From Macrostomum lignano (lineage: Eukaryota): DNA of 64,000 nt. This document shows, piece by piece, positions 1 through 13,442 of this stretch. The notes beneath the pieces were generated by a model. That model was not told the DNA's origin, made no database searches, and worked only from the letters and a program-made list of their open reading frames with translations. Position numbers and translations under genes: made by a program. The stretch is from NCBI GenBank assembly GCA_002269645.1, contig NIVC01003754.1, positions 1 to 64,000 of the forward strand, given 5' to 3'. The stretch's first letter is position 1. The number at the start of each line of letters is the position of its first letter.

Positions 1-1300
1 ATTTTTGTGCTAATATACTATAGTATAGTTATAGCTTTTGTCGCGCTATGTGAACACTGGCCTGCAAAACGGAATTCTATGGCCAAGCGTTTAAACGAGA
101 CATAGACAACTCGATTTGTCATGCTAGCTATATGGAGCGATAAGCCGGAATAGAAGGAACGGTTAGAATTCTTAAAGAAAGAATAAAAACTGTCAATAAT
201 AATGAATATTTTTTCACAAATTGATAGCATCAAAATGTACTTAGCTCTTAAACAGGTCAACTCTTAAACAGATGTCGCCGCAAACACTATTAAAGCAATA
301 TGTTGCAGCGCAGCTCCCAACCAGTGCATTTGTCAACAGTGATTGCTTGGCCCGGTTTCTGCCGCCTCTCGCTCGAGTAACAAGAATCCACTGCTCAAGT
401 GTCACTCCTTCAGGATTTGTGTTGAAATTCTGTTTCGGGAAAATGTGGCCATCCATAAAAATTACCCAGTTTTCGTTAGGCCCCAGTTGATGGCAGCGGT
501 CTGCTAAGTGGCAGCTTCCAAACTGCCGGCTTGATTGAATGTTGACGAATGCGCTGAACAGAAGAATCGGATACTCTTAACACCCTTCATCGGCAGTCCA
601 CAGTGCAAGGCGGCGACGATACGCTGTGGATCACGTTCAGAAATTTGCGGACCCTTATAGTTTAACTCGATTAACCGATAGAAAATGAAAACGTCTTGTT
701 GTCTCTGTGAAAAAACTCAAACCGGTCCTTCTATTCTGACTCGTTCCATAATTCTGGGGGGGGGGGTTTCGTCCATAACTTGGGTGCGATTTCGCACCCT
801 GTGCTAGATTTCAGGGTGCGATTTTCAAGATCAGGATGCTATTCGCACCCATTCGCACAAAAAAACCCAGGCTGTCCACCATTCAGTATTCAATTCATCA
901 GGTTCTGCTTACCAAAATTTAATCGACAGTTGACAATTTCTTAAATTACATTAATTAATGATTCAAAAAATTACTGGCTAATTCTAAGAATACGAAGTTA
1001 CGGACTTAAGACATCCATAACACTAAATTGTGAAATCCGCATCACATCCTTGCAAAAAATTCTGGTGCGCTTTTCGCACCCTGAGTCAAACTTCAGGGTG
1101 CGATTTTAAGATCAGGATGCTATTCGCACCCATTCGCACAAAAACCCAGTTCCATAATGCATGACAAATCGAGTTCTCTTATGGCTTGCTTTCTTGAGTT
1201 AGTTCAAAGGCTTGGCCATAGAATTCTATAGGCCGTTCCGTTTTGCATGCCCACTGTTCCACATAGCACGACGAAGGCAACACTATTATTGTGCAGAATT
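1..1300. mobile_element. Degenerate non-autonomous TIR element
   Basis: About 1-123 is an imperfect reverse complement of about 1159-1300 (shared blocks gcatgacaaatcgagtt, cttggccatagaattc, ccgttttgca, cacatagc). No coding capacity. Confidence 0.5.
779..1149. mobile_element. Small element with an internal ~90-bp direct repeat, nested in the 1-1300 element
   Basis: The block cagggtgcgatttt(c)aagatcaggatgctattcgcacccattcgcacaaaaa..cccag occurs twice (about 813-870 and 1095-1149). Flanks gtccataa and ttccataa resemble an 8-bp TSD (7/8 match). Confidence 0.45.
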
Positions 1301-2079
1301 TTATCCGCACACTAGAAATGCTGACTGATTAGTCAAGAGTCGATAAAAATTTATCACATGCCCTTGCATCCAAACGTAATTGATTGTTAAGTCATGTTTA
1401 ATCTGTTCAAATAGATTCGTATGGCGGTATGAAACTTTAATGTTTCTAATAAAGAAAATTAACAAATGATAAATATTTGAACTCCTACATGTACCAGTAT
1501 CACTTTTAAAAAGCCTATATCGGTTTCTTAAACGATCTGTAATCAGGTTTATGCAAATAGACATATAAGATAGGCACTAGACAAATTTATTAGTTGAATC
1601 GATGGTTGAGGTTTTAAAGCTAGTACTATCTGCTGGGATCGGCGGTCCTACCGTTATTTCAGCAGGCTAAGGTGGTGTGAGATGATTTGAGGCGCAAGTG
1701 GTGAGTGAGTGCAATTCTTTTACTCAATAAATGCTAGGAAGATAGATACTCGATCGATTACTTTAAGCGTTTAGCTCTCGGTGAAAAAAATTAACTAGAC
1801 TTGCAGGCGTGGCCTGGGCCTGGGGTATAGATCTACGGACGTGCCTTTTCTCAGGCCACTCCGATCGGTTCGCAATTCTAGGCAAAGTAGAATCGCGGGG
1901 TGCAGGCGGCGTCAACCCCTCCCTTGGCAAAGCCAATTATTAAATGACTTTATGCACTTTACTTTTTTACTAATTATATACCGTGATCGCAAATTGTCAA
2001 AGCAGAATCCACCTTGATCATGTGTAGTTCTATTGTTAAAGCACACTTGGCAAAAGAATAATGATCGCATTAATTTGCA

Positions 2080-2415
2080 GGGAAGACTTTTTTCAGTGGG
2101 CTCTTGCGCTGGCGAGTCTACATGTATACACTAAATTCCTAATTCCCAAGAGTGAGAGTTAAAAATGGAAAATGGCAGCTCAGTCGGCTATTGCGCGGTG
2201 CATCTGAAGGCTGCGTACGGCTGTTCAGTCCAATGATCGCCGCACATCCTCAATTGCCCCAGCTAATTCTGGCACCCATTTTACAGCTGCGTAATAGCAA
2301 TGCAGAGTTAAGTGTCCTGCTCAAGGGCACAAATTGTTCCAGTGAGATCGGGAATCGAATATTGAACCCCGACCTCCCAGTCGAGGATCCGACACTGTAT
2401 AACCACTAAGCCCCT
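2080..2415 (-). mobile_element. tRNA-derived SINE
   Basis: The minus strand starts ggggcttagtggtta (A-box-like), then ggttc..cgattccc (B-box-like, with an insertion), followed by gtgcccttgagcaggacacttaac and aaaatgggtgccag, which resemble conserved SINE central domains. It cannot fold as a complete tRNA. Confidence 0.6.
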
Positions 2416-2447
2416 CTGGAAAATAAACAAGATAACACCACAAGATA

Positions 2448-3418
2448 CTTCGGGTGTGTCATAGTAATGTCACTGCAGGCCTCTGTCTAAAATATGTAGG
2501 CACATGGACTTGTGGGTAGTGTAGCTGCAAAGTATACTTAGTGAAGCAATACCAGTGCATTTGAGACGTGCATAGGTTGTTTATAGCCCAAGCTATCGCA
2601 AGAATACGCCAAGCAGATTTAGCAAGTGCAACGCGATGAAAAATCGTCTATGCAGCGAACAAAAATCACCATGAATCTCGACAAGACGCCTGCATCAAGC
2701 AGATCCGCAAGGTTTTCAGCAGGCGGGGCTTGAATGACATCCTAAACTGCCTGGTTGCTGAGGATGAAAGCTGGCTCCACCTGGATGGCAAGGGCAGCAA
2801 GGCAGACAATCGCTGCTGGCTGGGAGCTGGGGACTCCAGGGCGACTGTGACCAGGAAGTCCATCTTGGACAAGAAGACCATGCTGCTGGTAGCCTTCACG
2901 CCAAATGAACGAGTCTCCATTTGCACAACTCCACCGAACACCAAAGTCGATGGCCAGTATTTTATCGACTTTATCCGGCACACTGTGGACCTCTGGCGCA
3001 ATCTCCGGTAAAATCCATGTCACCTGGACGAGGTTCTGTGGCAGATGGACACCGCACGGCTGCACACCTGTAAGGCTGTTTCGAATGTTCTGCCTGCACG
3101 GCGAGTGAATCTGCTCTGACAGAGTCCCTACAGCCCGGACTTCAACTTGTGCAAGAGATTCCTGTTCAAATGGCTGAAGGCTGACTTTTCCAAGAAGAGT
3201 TTCGCAAACCATGAAGAGGTAAAACAGGCCGCGTTGCACTGGTTACGGCAGTTGGAGGAAAAACACCTGTAGGCTGAGGTGGACAAGCTGTATGAGCACT
3301 GCCAGAGGGTGATTGATATTGGGGGACTCTATGTTGTTGAGTGGTACAGTTTTGTTCATCTGCGATTGCAAGTTCGTCTGTTTTCACATCAGTGACATTA
3401 CTTATGACACACCCGAAG
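2448..3418 (+). mobile_element. Internally deleted mariner (Tc1/mariner) element with TIRs and TA TSD
   Basis: TIR cttcgggtgtgtcatagtaatgtcactg (2448-2475) matches cagtgacattacttatgacacacccgaag (3390-3418) with one indel. TA lies on both flanks (2446-47, 3419-20). Confidence 0.9.
2643..3345 (+). pseudogene. Mariner transposase pseudogene (catalytic domain only)
   Basis: Motifs LVAEDESW (first D), KTMLLVAF, WQMDTARLH (second D), QSPYSPDFNLCKRFLF and FANHEEVK..VIDIGGLYV. There are in-frame stops, a frameshift, K at the third-D position and no N-terminal HTH. Confidence 0.85.
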
Positions 3419-4283
3419 TAGTCTGCGAATCTTGTCAGATTCACTACCGATTTCCTTGTTTGGGGTGCGAAACTGGTGAAACCAACGGATTCGTCACCAG
3501 GTGATCTTTGTGAATTTCACCAGATAACATGGCCCGAATCTTGCTTAGAAATCATTACATGACAAGATTCGTCACCAGATAATTTTTGTTTGACTGTTTG
3601 ACTGTTATCTGGTGAGTTATCTGAATTTCACAGGATAACATGGCTTGAATCTTGTTTGAAAATTGGATAACAATACAAGATTTCAATCAAGATAACTGTG
3701 TGTTATCCGGGTCTGTAAGAAACCTGTGTGAATCTAAAATTCGCCAGATAACATGATGCGAATTTGGTTTGCAAACCAGATAATAGAACAAGTTTTCATC
3801 ACGATAACTTTATCAAATGGCTTAAGGCAGCTGCTATGCTGACCTGCGAGGGGTAAAGTGCTATATATCAGCAAACGCTGTGCAGGTGATAGCTTTGTTG
3901 GCTCTCCGACAAACTAATGCATTCTTATTGGCTAGAGGTTTGACTCCTAATGACATGTAGTCTGTCGCTGTTATTTAGTGTATCAGATCACCCTATTGTC
4001 TGGTGCAGCTGGGTGTCTAGATGGAGCTGTGGCATGGTTCCAAAAGCTCCTACTGGCCCAGTGTCTAAGGTAGCCTTTTCTATTTTAAGACACGTTATTC
4101 TAGCTCTTGCTGGAGCATGCCCAATGGGTTGTCTAAAAGCGTCTACTGTGTTGGTGTATGGCCACAAGCGAGGGGTAATGGAACCCTGCTTCAACCGACG
4201 AATCAGAGTTGAGCAGTTGACTGAAAATTCTGACCTGCGAGGGGATATCATCACGTCTGTTGTGGCTCAATGCAGCTGCTAAG

Positions 4284-4530
4284 AGTAGTCACTTTTATTT
4301 GACTACGCGGGTCAATCTTTGATCCGAGGAGTCATAAAGCCTCGTGATGGAGTAGTCACTTTTATTTGACTACGCGGGTCAATCTTTGATCAGGAAAGAA
4401 TCAGGAAATCGGCAAGTCGGGATTCGGCAAATGAGGAATTTCGGCAAATCGGGAATTTCGGCGAACCAGGAATCGGCGACTCGGGATTCGGCGAGCTGGG
4501 AATCTGGATTCGGCGAATCGGGGGTAAACC
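4284..4530. repeat. Two copies of a 42-bp direct repeat, followed by short (gaa)ttcggc(g/a)a modules
   Basis: gagtagtcacttttatttgactacgcgggtcaatctttgatc occurs at about 4284 and 4349. Then come about seven ttcggc-core modules at 4425-4520. Confidence 0.7.
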
Positions 4531-4542
4531 GAGCATAGTATT

Positions 4543-5041
4543 GGTTTTGTCAGCCTAACTGAGAAAGAATAAAGCCATCCAAAGTGAGAATCCTGCCTAC
4601 GCTGACTGCGAAGGGCCTGGCTGCGTGCAGCCTTAGTCTATGGGCCATAGACAATAAAGGACAAGCAAAGTGATAAAAAGCCATCCAATGTGAGAATCGA
4701 TTGGTCTATGCGTCGTATTCTTTTATTTTTATACCTTCTGAGCCATATGACTAGCCAATAGCTTGAACGGAATAACGGAAACAGGAACACACTGGATGAT
4801 GTCTTTTTAAAATTTTGCTTGTCCTTTATAGTCTATGGCTCATAGAATAGGCTGGACGCAGCTAGGCCCTTCGTATTCAGCGTAGGCAGGATTCTCACAT
4901 TGGATGGCTTTTTATCACTTTGCTTATCCTTTATAGTCTATGGCCCATAGACTAAGGCTGCACGCAGCCAGGCCCTTCGCAGTCAGCGTAGGCAGGATTC
5001 TCACTTTGGATGGCTTTATTCTCAGTTAGGCTGACAAAACC
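4543..5041. mobile_element. MITE with ~165-bp TIRs built from internal repeats
   Basis: ggttttgtcagcctaactgag...gtgagaatc (4543-about 4708) is the near-perfect reverse complement of about 4890-5041. The gccatccaa(a/t)gtgagaatc module recurs. The TSD is unclear. Confidence 0.8.
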
Positions 5042-5657
5042 TATACCAGCTCACATCGGAATATGCCTTCAGCCAATAGGAAGGAACGGGGGAAAGGGAT
5101 GCTATAAGTGAAGATCGAGCGAGACAAAAATAACTGGCTCAGATTAGCACTCTATTTTATTCTTTCATCTATGGCTAAACCCCCCACTGCACATTTGAGT
5201 GGCATCTTGTCTAGCTTTAGTAGTGCAAGTAACTAGCTGTTTATAAACGTATACCCCAGAGAATTTTGTTCTAATTTTAGTGTATGGATTGTCTATGGTC
5301 GAAAAGTAGGAGCTCGAGAATTTGGGATATTGGCAGGAAAACTGGGGTATGGACGTAATTTTCTATTACTATTATTGGCTTTAGCTTTAATAGCTACATT
5401 GGCTCTCTATATTAGCTCGGTACTCTTTGGGCTAAAGTGTAACGTAATTTCTTTGATGTATATTTTTATTTAGCGTGAGCGATCTCCACAAACAACGGAA
5501 TTTGTCAGCAAACAGATCAGTGCGCTAGTTGTAAAGCAGGCACCTTTAAAATAACCATTTTTTCATTGATTTCGTACAAGTAAACTTAACAGCTACGATA
5601 ATTTTAAAGCACAACTCTAAACTACGTGTACGCATGATAAAGTCTAGGATATAAACT

Positions 5658-6655
5658 CAAAGACTACTAACGTAGAAGCACGCAACACTCAAAATCTATG
5701 GAAAATGTTTTGAAGGCCACCTTTCGCCGAAAAATACACTAAGGAGCTAGATAGGAAGTTTTCATTTTTCAGCACAAAAACTGTTATTGCTTTCGATAGG
5801 AGGCAGACACAATGTTTATCTTTTGATGTGCTGTGCCTTTTTTATGGCTCTATAAAAATAGAGCTCTATAAAAAATGATATTTATAAAGCTTTTCGTTTA
5901 GAATGCAAGGATTTATTGTAAATTAAAGAAAGGGAAAGAGCTAGGCGGTGGTTCTTATTATATTTGGTTAAAAGACAGCGGAGAAGAAGTAAGGAGAAGA
6001 ATAAGAAGGTAAAGATTATCCGCAGTTGGCACCGTTTATTTATAGCCATCAGGAGCATCGCCGGAAACTTCTAGAATATTCTGAGCATTATAAAAAACAA
6101 GTATTAATTATTGATTCCTATTAGATTTGCATTAATTGTAGTACTGTTTAACTGTAATAAATTATACATTGAATATTTATAAATGCGAGTATTAGAATTA
6201 GTTACTGTGAGAAGAAATTTCGAGAATTTAATTTGTACTCCACGGGGAAATTTCTAGAAATAAATAATTCATAATTAATGCATCGAACTTTCGCGAAGGT
6301 CACTACAAGAAAATTAGGATTCTTAATTTCTTATTCAAAATTTAATTGCATGTCCTGTGCCGAAAAACACAGGACTTGTCATTCTTAGCTGACTGTAACA
6401 ATATGTGCAACAGAGATGATGAAATAGATTCATAAAACCAAAGATTTGAGCTGTGCCATGCATTTTTATGATTTTTAAGCACAACATATCAAAAGATGAA
6501 CATTAGGTCTGCCTTCTATCGAAAGCAATAACAATATTTGTGCTGAAAATGAAAACTTCCTATCTCCGTAGTGTATTTTCGGCGAAAAGTGGCCTTCAAT
6601 TTCCCATGAAACGTGAGTGTCGCGTCCTGTATATACGTTGCTTTAGTTGTCCTTG
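5658..6655. mobile_element. Foldback MITE of family C (caaggac-type termini), copy 1, with an internal insertion
   Basis: Arms at about 5700-5900 and 6480-6600 are inverted and homologous to the arms of 30788-31485. Flanks tataaact and cataaatt are a decayed 8-bp TSD at best. Confidence 0.7.
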
Positions 6656-7493
6656 CATAAATTACACCTGGACTAAGTTTTTTAAATTCCCATTCTTGTG
6701 AAAAGGAGTACTTAGAGAAGATATATACACATTCCGATATCTTTTTGCTAAGCATATTGAACTATCTTGTTGAAAAACAAAAGTATATGAAAAAGCAGTC
6801 GAGCCTTTACGAATGAACTTATACCATTAGAGACAGACACAAATGAATAAACAAATACACTTTGGATTGGTTTGCATATATATTTTTTATAATTATCAAA
6901 AATCAAACAGCAAAGCATCAAACATTTCTTACGCATGATGATGAGGTCCGATCTCCGCCGCACAAAAGCAACACCACTCTAGCTAAAGAGTAGTGAGATG
7001 GGAACCGTACGTTGCCAAAGCATGTCGAGTATCATATATCATAGAGATGAATAGCATGCATGACATGTACCGGTCAGGGAACACTGAATACATCAAAGTG
7101 ACACTCCCAAAAACTGTTAAGTACTAAGCTATATAGAAACGATTCGACCTGGCCCGCCTCGGCCCCACTATTGGGGGTGCACTTCGATAGCTATATCAAG
7201 TGCAGCGTTCTCTGCACCGGCGCACTAATCTGAACATACACTAAAATACACTAGTTGTTGGATAGAAAGAGGCACTAGGGGTCGCAAATTTGGAAACACA
7301 AAGAACCTATTAATAAACACCGATACCCTCACTAGTTTCGCTGGTTATAATAAGCAAATTCACCAAATGGATCGCAAATAAAAAAATGAACTTTTGTTAC
7401 AAACTTTTATAAATACCATACGATCTCTTTCAGGATTCGAAAATGTAGGCAAAAAGAAAGCGTAGGCAAAAAGAAAGCTTACGCCAAATACAA

Positions 7494-9959
7494 TTAATCC
7501 AAATTGAATGTTACGTGTCGCTCCATCGATTCCCGACGACTATTTAGACTGGAATCGACCTTGTCGGTTTCAGCTTTGGTTTCAGCGCTGCCGTCATTTC
7601 GTGAACCTCCTTCAACAGTGAAAGCTTCGCTTTCTGACGCCTGCACATCAGTATTATGTGGTAGCATTTCGTCCTCCGTCTGAGACGCCTCTAAACAGTC
7701 AACTTTTTCAGAATCGGTTGTCATTTTCGGCAAGCTGTCGTTTGGTGGAAGCTGTTTTATCGACTCCCCCGTGCTGCTTGCTTCATCAACGACCCCGGTG
7801 TCGACGCTCTGAGTAGGCTTACTTTCCTGTTCATTCTCTGGGCTCAGAAAGGGCTTTAGCGGTTCACAAAGCGTTTCGATGTCAAGGCACCCAAACTCTC
7901 GCAAATCTGTAGCACGTTGCGTTGCCGTCAGACCTAGGTAGGCAGCCGCCATATCTTGATCGCACATTGAAACCAAGCAACGATTTGCGTGCGGAAGCAA
8001 GCACTTCTTAAATGCGGTACAACATAGCGCAAAGCCTTGCCGCTCAGCAGGCGTCAAGGCACCCGTTTCACTCGAGTACCAGCCAGCCAGTACGGCTACT
8101 GAGCGCTGCATTAAGTCTGACACCGCACTGCAGAGGGCAGGCACTAAACAGACGCTCATGCAAGGCCGCAGCTCGTTAAGGCCGGTGAGCATTCCGTTAA
8201 GCAACACAGCCAGCGGAGGATAGTTAACAAGGTCATTTGGAGGCGGAATCTCATCAACATTAAAGCCCATTGATGCTTTTATTGACCCTCTGATATTGCT
8301 GCCATTGTCTTCATTGAACTCTTCTATGCCTGATCCGCTGTCCCAGTTTGCTGGTGCCACAGCAGTAGCTGGCAAGGCTAAGGCATACGAATACACGGCC
8401 GAGTGAAAATGCTTCAGTGCAATTTCAATGGAGACACGCAGCTGCGTCATGGCGGCCCGGCTAAATAAGTCCAGAAGATGGGGTCTAAAATCAGCTCCAA
8501 TTTTAGCTAAACTAGCGCCGAAGTACATGCAGCAGGAGAGCAGCGACTCCAGGCGGCCGTTGGCTCCGGCCCCGCGGCCTAGGTCTCGCTCCAGGCACTC
8601 CAGGAACAAGCACACACGATGCGTAAGCCAGCAATGAAGAAGCCCGGACTCGCTTGCTGGACCATCAGCAGAAGATAGCAATGGATCCTGATCGGCAAAC
8701 GCTGCCCGATAATGGGTCACTGTATCGAATATCATGCTCCTGTGAGTGGTGAGTGGGTAAATTGTGCATGGTTTGAGTCTCAAATCTAAGTACTGTTTTA
8801 TTCATTATTTATTAAATTCACAGTAATAACAGCAGAAATCAAGCTGGTTAATAACAAATAACTTGAATTAGAACGCAGTGCCGTACTTAGCGCTATACCC
8901 TCATTGCCAAGACAAAACCTTTTTAGAGGCATTTTTAACTCACCTGGTGTCCTCAGCAGTCTGTCTAGCGTGCTGATAGGGGTCATCCTCTTGAAGAGCC
9001 GCGAGCTGTCCGCTCAGGTAAGCGTCTCTGGCAGCCAAAAAATGAAGCCGTAACTGGGGTTCTGGGTAGGCAGCCAGCCGGCGCAGGTAGCCTAGAAGAC
9101 GCAGACAGTCGGGCAGTTGAAGCCGTCCAGAACGCAGACGACCCGCTACTTGCGCGAGCATCTGCTCACTGACTCGCCGAACCTCGTCCAATACGCTAGT
9201 TACAACTTGTGCTTCAAGGAGACCGCGGCCACGCTCCAGTCGTTTTGCATAGCTGACCAGTTCGAGTGCCTCTTCCCAATAGTCGTTGCGCACACAAGTG
9301 TCCAAAAGTTGGGGAATTTCCAGCACTTCCAGTACCTACACAGCGTGGTTTGAGTATTTTACTTTAGTATTGAATTATAAGATTGTTACAGCTCTATTAT
9401 GATTTAATGAGGATTAAATATGTTCGGTTCCAATTGCAATAACCATCAAAGGACGGTACTTTATACACACACGGCCTTTAAATTAAAAACGAATGGCCTG
9501 AATTATCGACACTATAATTATATCCAGTCCCACCTGAGCATGACGATGCAATCCCAGCTGCACGCGCCTGCGACGGCTTGCCAGCTGGCCCACAGACTCC
9601 GAGAAGGCAGCGCACCGGCCAGTCAGACGAGGTAGCCGGTCTGATAGCAGTGACTCGACGGTGAACTCGACACGGCTTAACTCGACCGACAACGCCCGTG
9701 TGGCCTCGGCCGATCGAATGAAGACTGCGTAGTTGCGGGCCGCCGTTTCTTGTGCCTCACGAGCCAGTTCAGTGTGCCGCTGAGCCAATCGGCGGGGCTC
9801 AGCACGCAGCTGGTTTGCGCCCAGGTCTGTCAGCTGGCCAAGGCACTCGCGCAGAACTGGCGAGTCAAGCCAGGTAGTCGGAAGTCGGCCATGTCGGATT
9901 ACAAGTTCTGCTAGGCCCTCACTGTTACTGTTGCCGTCCCTATCGCCACTGGCAGACAT
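7494..9959 (-). CDS. COG8: Conserved oligomeric Golgi complex subunit 8 (Dor1 family), 3 exons, 687 aa
   Basis: Exons 9959-9534, 9335-8944 and 8739-7494 join through GT-AG introns in phase 0 and phase 2 to give 2064 nt (688 codons including TAA). The spliced product contains [83 protein letters not shown] and PPNDLVNYPPLAVLLNGMLTGLNELR, which I recognise as the characteristic COG8 blocks in the expected order. Confidence 0.93.
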
Positions 9960-11162
9960 TCTTAAATATAAAAGTTTTTCTGAAATATTGCATTTGAAAA
10001 ATTTCAGATTTGCCGCTCATTAAGACAAGTGGCCCTTGTACTGTACTGTACCCTTGTAAGTAAGATGGTTAGATGAGTGAATGGTAAAAAGGTAACAATA
10101 CAACCACATTCCTAATCCTAAAAACAGGAGATGCAGACAGTTTGGAAATTGGTTTTAAAATTATTAGTACATGTCGTAAACACTGAACACAGGATGCAGC
10201 TATAAGCATAATACTATATATAGCCAGATATGCTAATACTGCTCCTGTTGTACTTTTTTCCAATTTACCACAATGTGGGAAAAGCTAAATTGGCCTCCCA
10301 GCATATAAGTGCATATTGTCAAATAGTTTTAAATTATTTTTACATTAGCTCAAGTGCAATGCCTTCAATTAAAGCTTTAAATAATTACTACAAGCATATC
10401 TATGCACTTAGTTTCAGCCATTTTGTGATCGCGTTTTTATAGAAATGTCACTGATTTGTAGATCAAATTAAAAAATACAATAAGTGCCATATAACTAAGA
10501 GCCATACATTCAAGGATTTTCCAAAAGAGCTAGGTAACTTGTTTATAGTTGACATGTTTTGCTTCAAAACTGTAAAAATGTTGCTTTTGAATAATTTTAA
10601 TAAAAAGTTTATGCTATAGTGATTTTCTTTTTCATTTTCTTACTTATAGCTATTTTACAATGTTTTATTTTCTTCCAAATTGCAATTCTTCTGTTACCAA
10701 TAAAATATTTGTTGCTGTCTGGTTTTATTCAAGAGACCATGCACTGTAACAGTGGGAATACCAAGCAATTTTTCCACCTATCAAACTACCAAGGAGGGAG
10801 GGATAAATTTTGACAATTTTTGCTTTGCTAGAATGAAGCAATGTAGGCATACAAAATTCAAGAGCACAGGTAAACTTTCTGTTGCACATCTTAAACAAGA
10901 ATACAATAGTCACCCCTCCAAACTATTTAACAATTCAACAATTCTGCCAAGTTGGATTTTTTCCATAAAAGCTAACGTGTTGAATATAGCCATTGCACCA
11001 ATTAGCATTACACCTCTATGCAGCCTTGCCAAGCCTACAAATTTCCTCAACACATTGACTATATATGCCTGAACCAGTTCTGACTTTGTTGGTCACTGGC
11101 TTTTACCTAGGTAGAGCTTCTAGAACTTTAGCAGGTAATACTAGTTAACTATAGACACACTT

Positions 11163-13442
11163 TTGCAAATTTCTGAAAAAAGCTTTACTAACCTAAAGCT
11201 TTCCCCCTGTATCCTGCAGGAGGCGCTAAAGCTGCAAAACTTTGCTGATTCTTTCTCTAAATTGCTTGTTGACTGTTATACCACAGGTTACATTCCCACA
11301 ATCTGGAGAATGTCCAGAGTCGTGTTCATCCCGAAACCTGCTAAGGGTGACTACACCAACGTGAAATCCTTCCGGCCCATCAGCCTCACTTCCTTTTGTG
11401 TTAAGCTGATGGAGAGGCTCATCCTGTGGAGGCTTCGAGAGTGCGACCTGCGCTCCGACCCTGTCAGTAAGTACCAGTACGCCTTCCAGCCTGGGAGGAC
11501 GACTGAGCATGCTCTCCACGCCATTACCTCCAAAATTGAGAGTGCCATCCTTAGCAAACAACTCGCTTGCGGGTTGTTCGTTGACTTCGAAGGAGCATTT
11601 GACAATGTCCTCTTCCGCTCCTTCAGAAATTCTCTTTCCCGCAGGAATGTAAGACACAGCATTGTTCGCTGGATTTATTTTATGATCCGCAAAAGGTTTG
11701 TGACATCCACACTTATGGGCGTTACCCTCACCCGGGCGGTGATGAAAGGCGGCCCGCAAGGTGGCGTGCTAACTCCACTTCTCTGGAATCTCGTCATGGA
11801 CGAACTTCTAACCGCTGACATTCCCAGCAGTATCACCAGGGCGGGCTACGCCGATGACGTTGCCGCGGTCGTCAGCGGACCCGACCCCGCCACTCTGCGC
11901 AACCTGATGCAGCAATTCGCCGACAAGGCGGCCGACTGGGCTACACAGCATGGCCTAAAAATCAGCGTCACTAAGACTGTCGCTGTCGTTTTCACCAAGC
12001 GCCGTAAGTGGGAGATGAAAAACCTCACTGTCTATGGCAGAAACATCCCCTTCAAGAAGGAGGTCAAATACCTCGGTGTGACGCTAACGCATGACCTGCG
12101 CTGGACGAAGCACCTTGATAACGTCATCGGTCGGGCAAAACGCTGCTTTGCCCAGCTGCGCAGAGCCATCGGGCCGACTTGGGGCCTCTCGCCTAGAACG
12201 GTCCGTTGGATTTATACCGGCATCATCCGGCCCAGTATCACATACGCGAGTCTCATCTGGACTAGCGTGCTGGAGCAGAAGGCCGCCCGTCAGCGGCTGT
12301 ACCAGCTTCAGGGCAGCATTTGCCGTGCCATCACAGGTGCGTACCCGTCCACCCCTTACGAGGGGCTGAACACTATCCTTAACCTACCTCCGCTTCACCT
12401 ATTTATTAGGGCGGAGGCTATGAAGTCTGCCTCCCGGCTTATCAGAGATAAAACGTTAAATAACGCGCCCTCTGGCTTTATGCCAATGAAAACATTAATC
12501 CCGCATATGGACTTTGTCCGCCGCGACCTTAACAACATCCACATGGACCTGGGCAATGTGGATAGTCGACCTCCCGCCCTCAACATCAGGAGGGGCTTCA
12601 AGACCGCCATCCCTGGCCGAGACAACATTCCGCTGGATGTCGGTGTGAACCGGCGCAGCCAGGGCATTCACTGCTTCACCGACGGCTCGCTGTTCAACGG
12701 CCGCGCTGGAGCGGGTATTGCCATTTTCCACGAGGGTAAGATGCTTCTCCAGGAAAGTCTGCACCTCGGTGAGAACACCTCAGTTTTCCAAGCTGAAATT
12801 TGCGCCATTGAGCAGTGTGCCCAGCAACTGTTTCAGGCGAACATTAATAATTTTGACATTAATTTCTACACTGATAGCCAAGCTGCTATTAAGGCCTTAA
12901 CCACTGAGAATATCTCCGCTGCTACAGTATCTCAATGCCACCGCAGTGTGCAATCTCTCTCAGTCCTTAACAGGATTAGAATTATCTGGACACCTGGTCA
13001 CAGCAACATCCTGGGCAACGAGCTCGCGGACTCTCTCGCCAAGGAGGGCAGCAACCCAGACGGCAACCACCGTCTGATGAGGCTACCCACCCCCAGGTCG
13101 CAAGTCACCCGCCATATCAACAGGTGGCTCCATCAGCAGCACCAGCTCCACTGGAACAGCTGCACCGAGTACAGGCAGAGCCGCTCTGCCATGCCTAACC
13201 TGAACAGGAAAGTCTCTGATTATCTGATTTCGCTTAACAAAACCGACCTCAGGGAGATGTGCATGGTCCTAACCGGCCACGGATTCTTCCAGAGACATAT
13301 ATCGTTGCAAACCGGTTGCCCTCCCACCTGTCCCTTCTGTGGCATAGGAGAGGAGACCGCGGAGCATCACGTCACCTTCTGCCCTTACTTCAACAAGGCG
13401 CGGCACAAATACCTCGGCCACCCCAGCGGATGGACGAGCTGA
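11163..13442 (+). CDS. Reverse transcriptase-RNase H polyprotein fragment; the true element frame begins at about 11204 and the TTG start lies in flanking DNA
   Basis: RT motifs [51 protein letters not shown]. RNase H motifs [37 protein letters not shown]-terminal CPFC..ETAEH..C. Confidence 0.9.
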   Translation: MQISEKSFTNLKLSPCILQEALKLQNFADSFSKLLVDCYTTGYIPTIWRMSRVVFIPKPAKGDYTNVKSFRPISLTSFCVKLMERLILWRLRECDLRSDPVSKYQYAFQPGRTTEHALHAITSKIESAILSKQLACGLFVDFEGAFDNVLFRSFRNSLSRRNVRHSIVRWIYFMIRKRFVTSTLMGVTLTRAVMKGGPQGGVLTPLLWNLVMDELLTADIPSSITRAGYADDVAAVVSGPDPATLRNLMQQFADKAADWATQHGLKISVTKTVAVVFTKRRKWEMKNLTVYGRNIPFKKEVKYLGVTLTHDLRWTKHLDNVIGRAKRCFAQLRRAIGPTWGLSPRTVRWIYTGIIRPSITYASLIWTSVLEQKAARQRLYQLQGSICRAITGAYPSTPYEGLNTILNLPPLHLFIRAEAMKSASRLIRDKTLNNAPSGFMPMKTLIPHMDFVRRDLNNIHMDLGNVDSRPPALNIRRGFKTAIPGRDNIPLDVGVNRRSQGIHCFTDGSLFNGRAGAGIAIFHEGKMLLQESLHLGENTSVFQAEICAIEQCAQQLFQANINNFDINFYTDSQAAIKALTTENISAATVSQCHRSVQSLSVLNRIRIIWTPGHSNILGNELADSLAKEGSNPDGNHRLMRLPTPRSQVTRHINRWLHQQHQLHWNSCTEYRQSRSAMPNLNRKVSDYLISLNKTDLREMCMVLTGHGFFQRHISLQTGCPPTCPFCGIGEETAEHHVTFCPYFNKARHKYLGHPSGWTS

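Noticed and set aside
11226-12764. Antisense and alternative-frame ORFs over the retrotransposon
   Set aside because: They are shadows of a GC-rich coding strand with no recognisable motifs.
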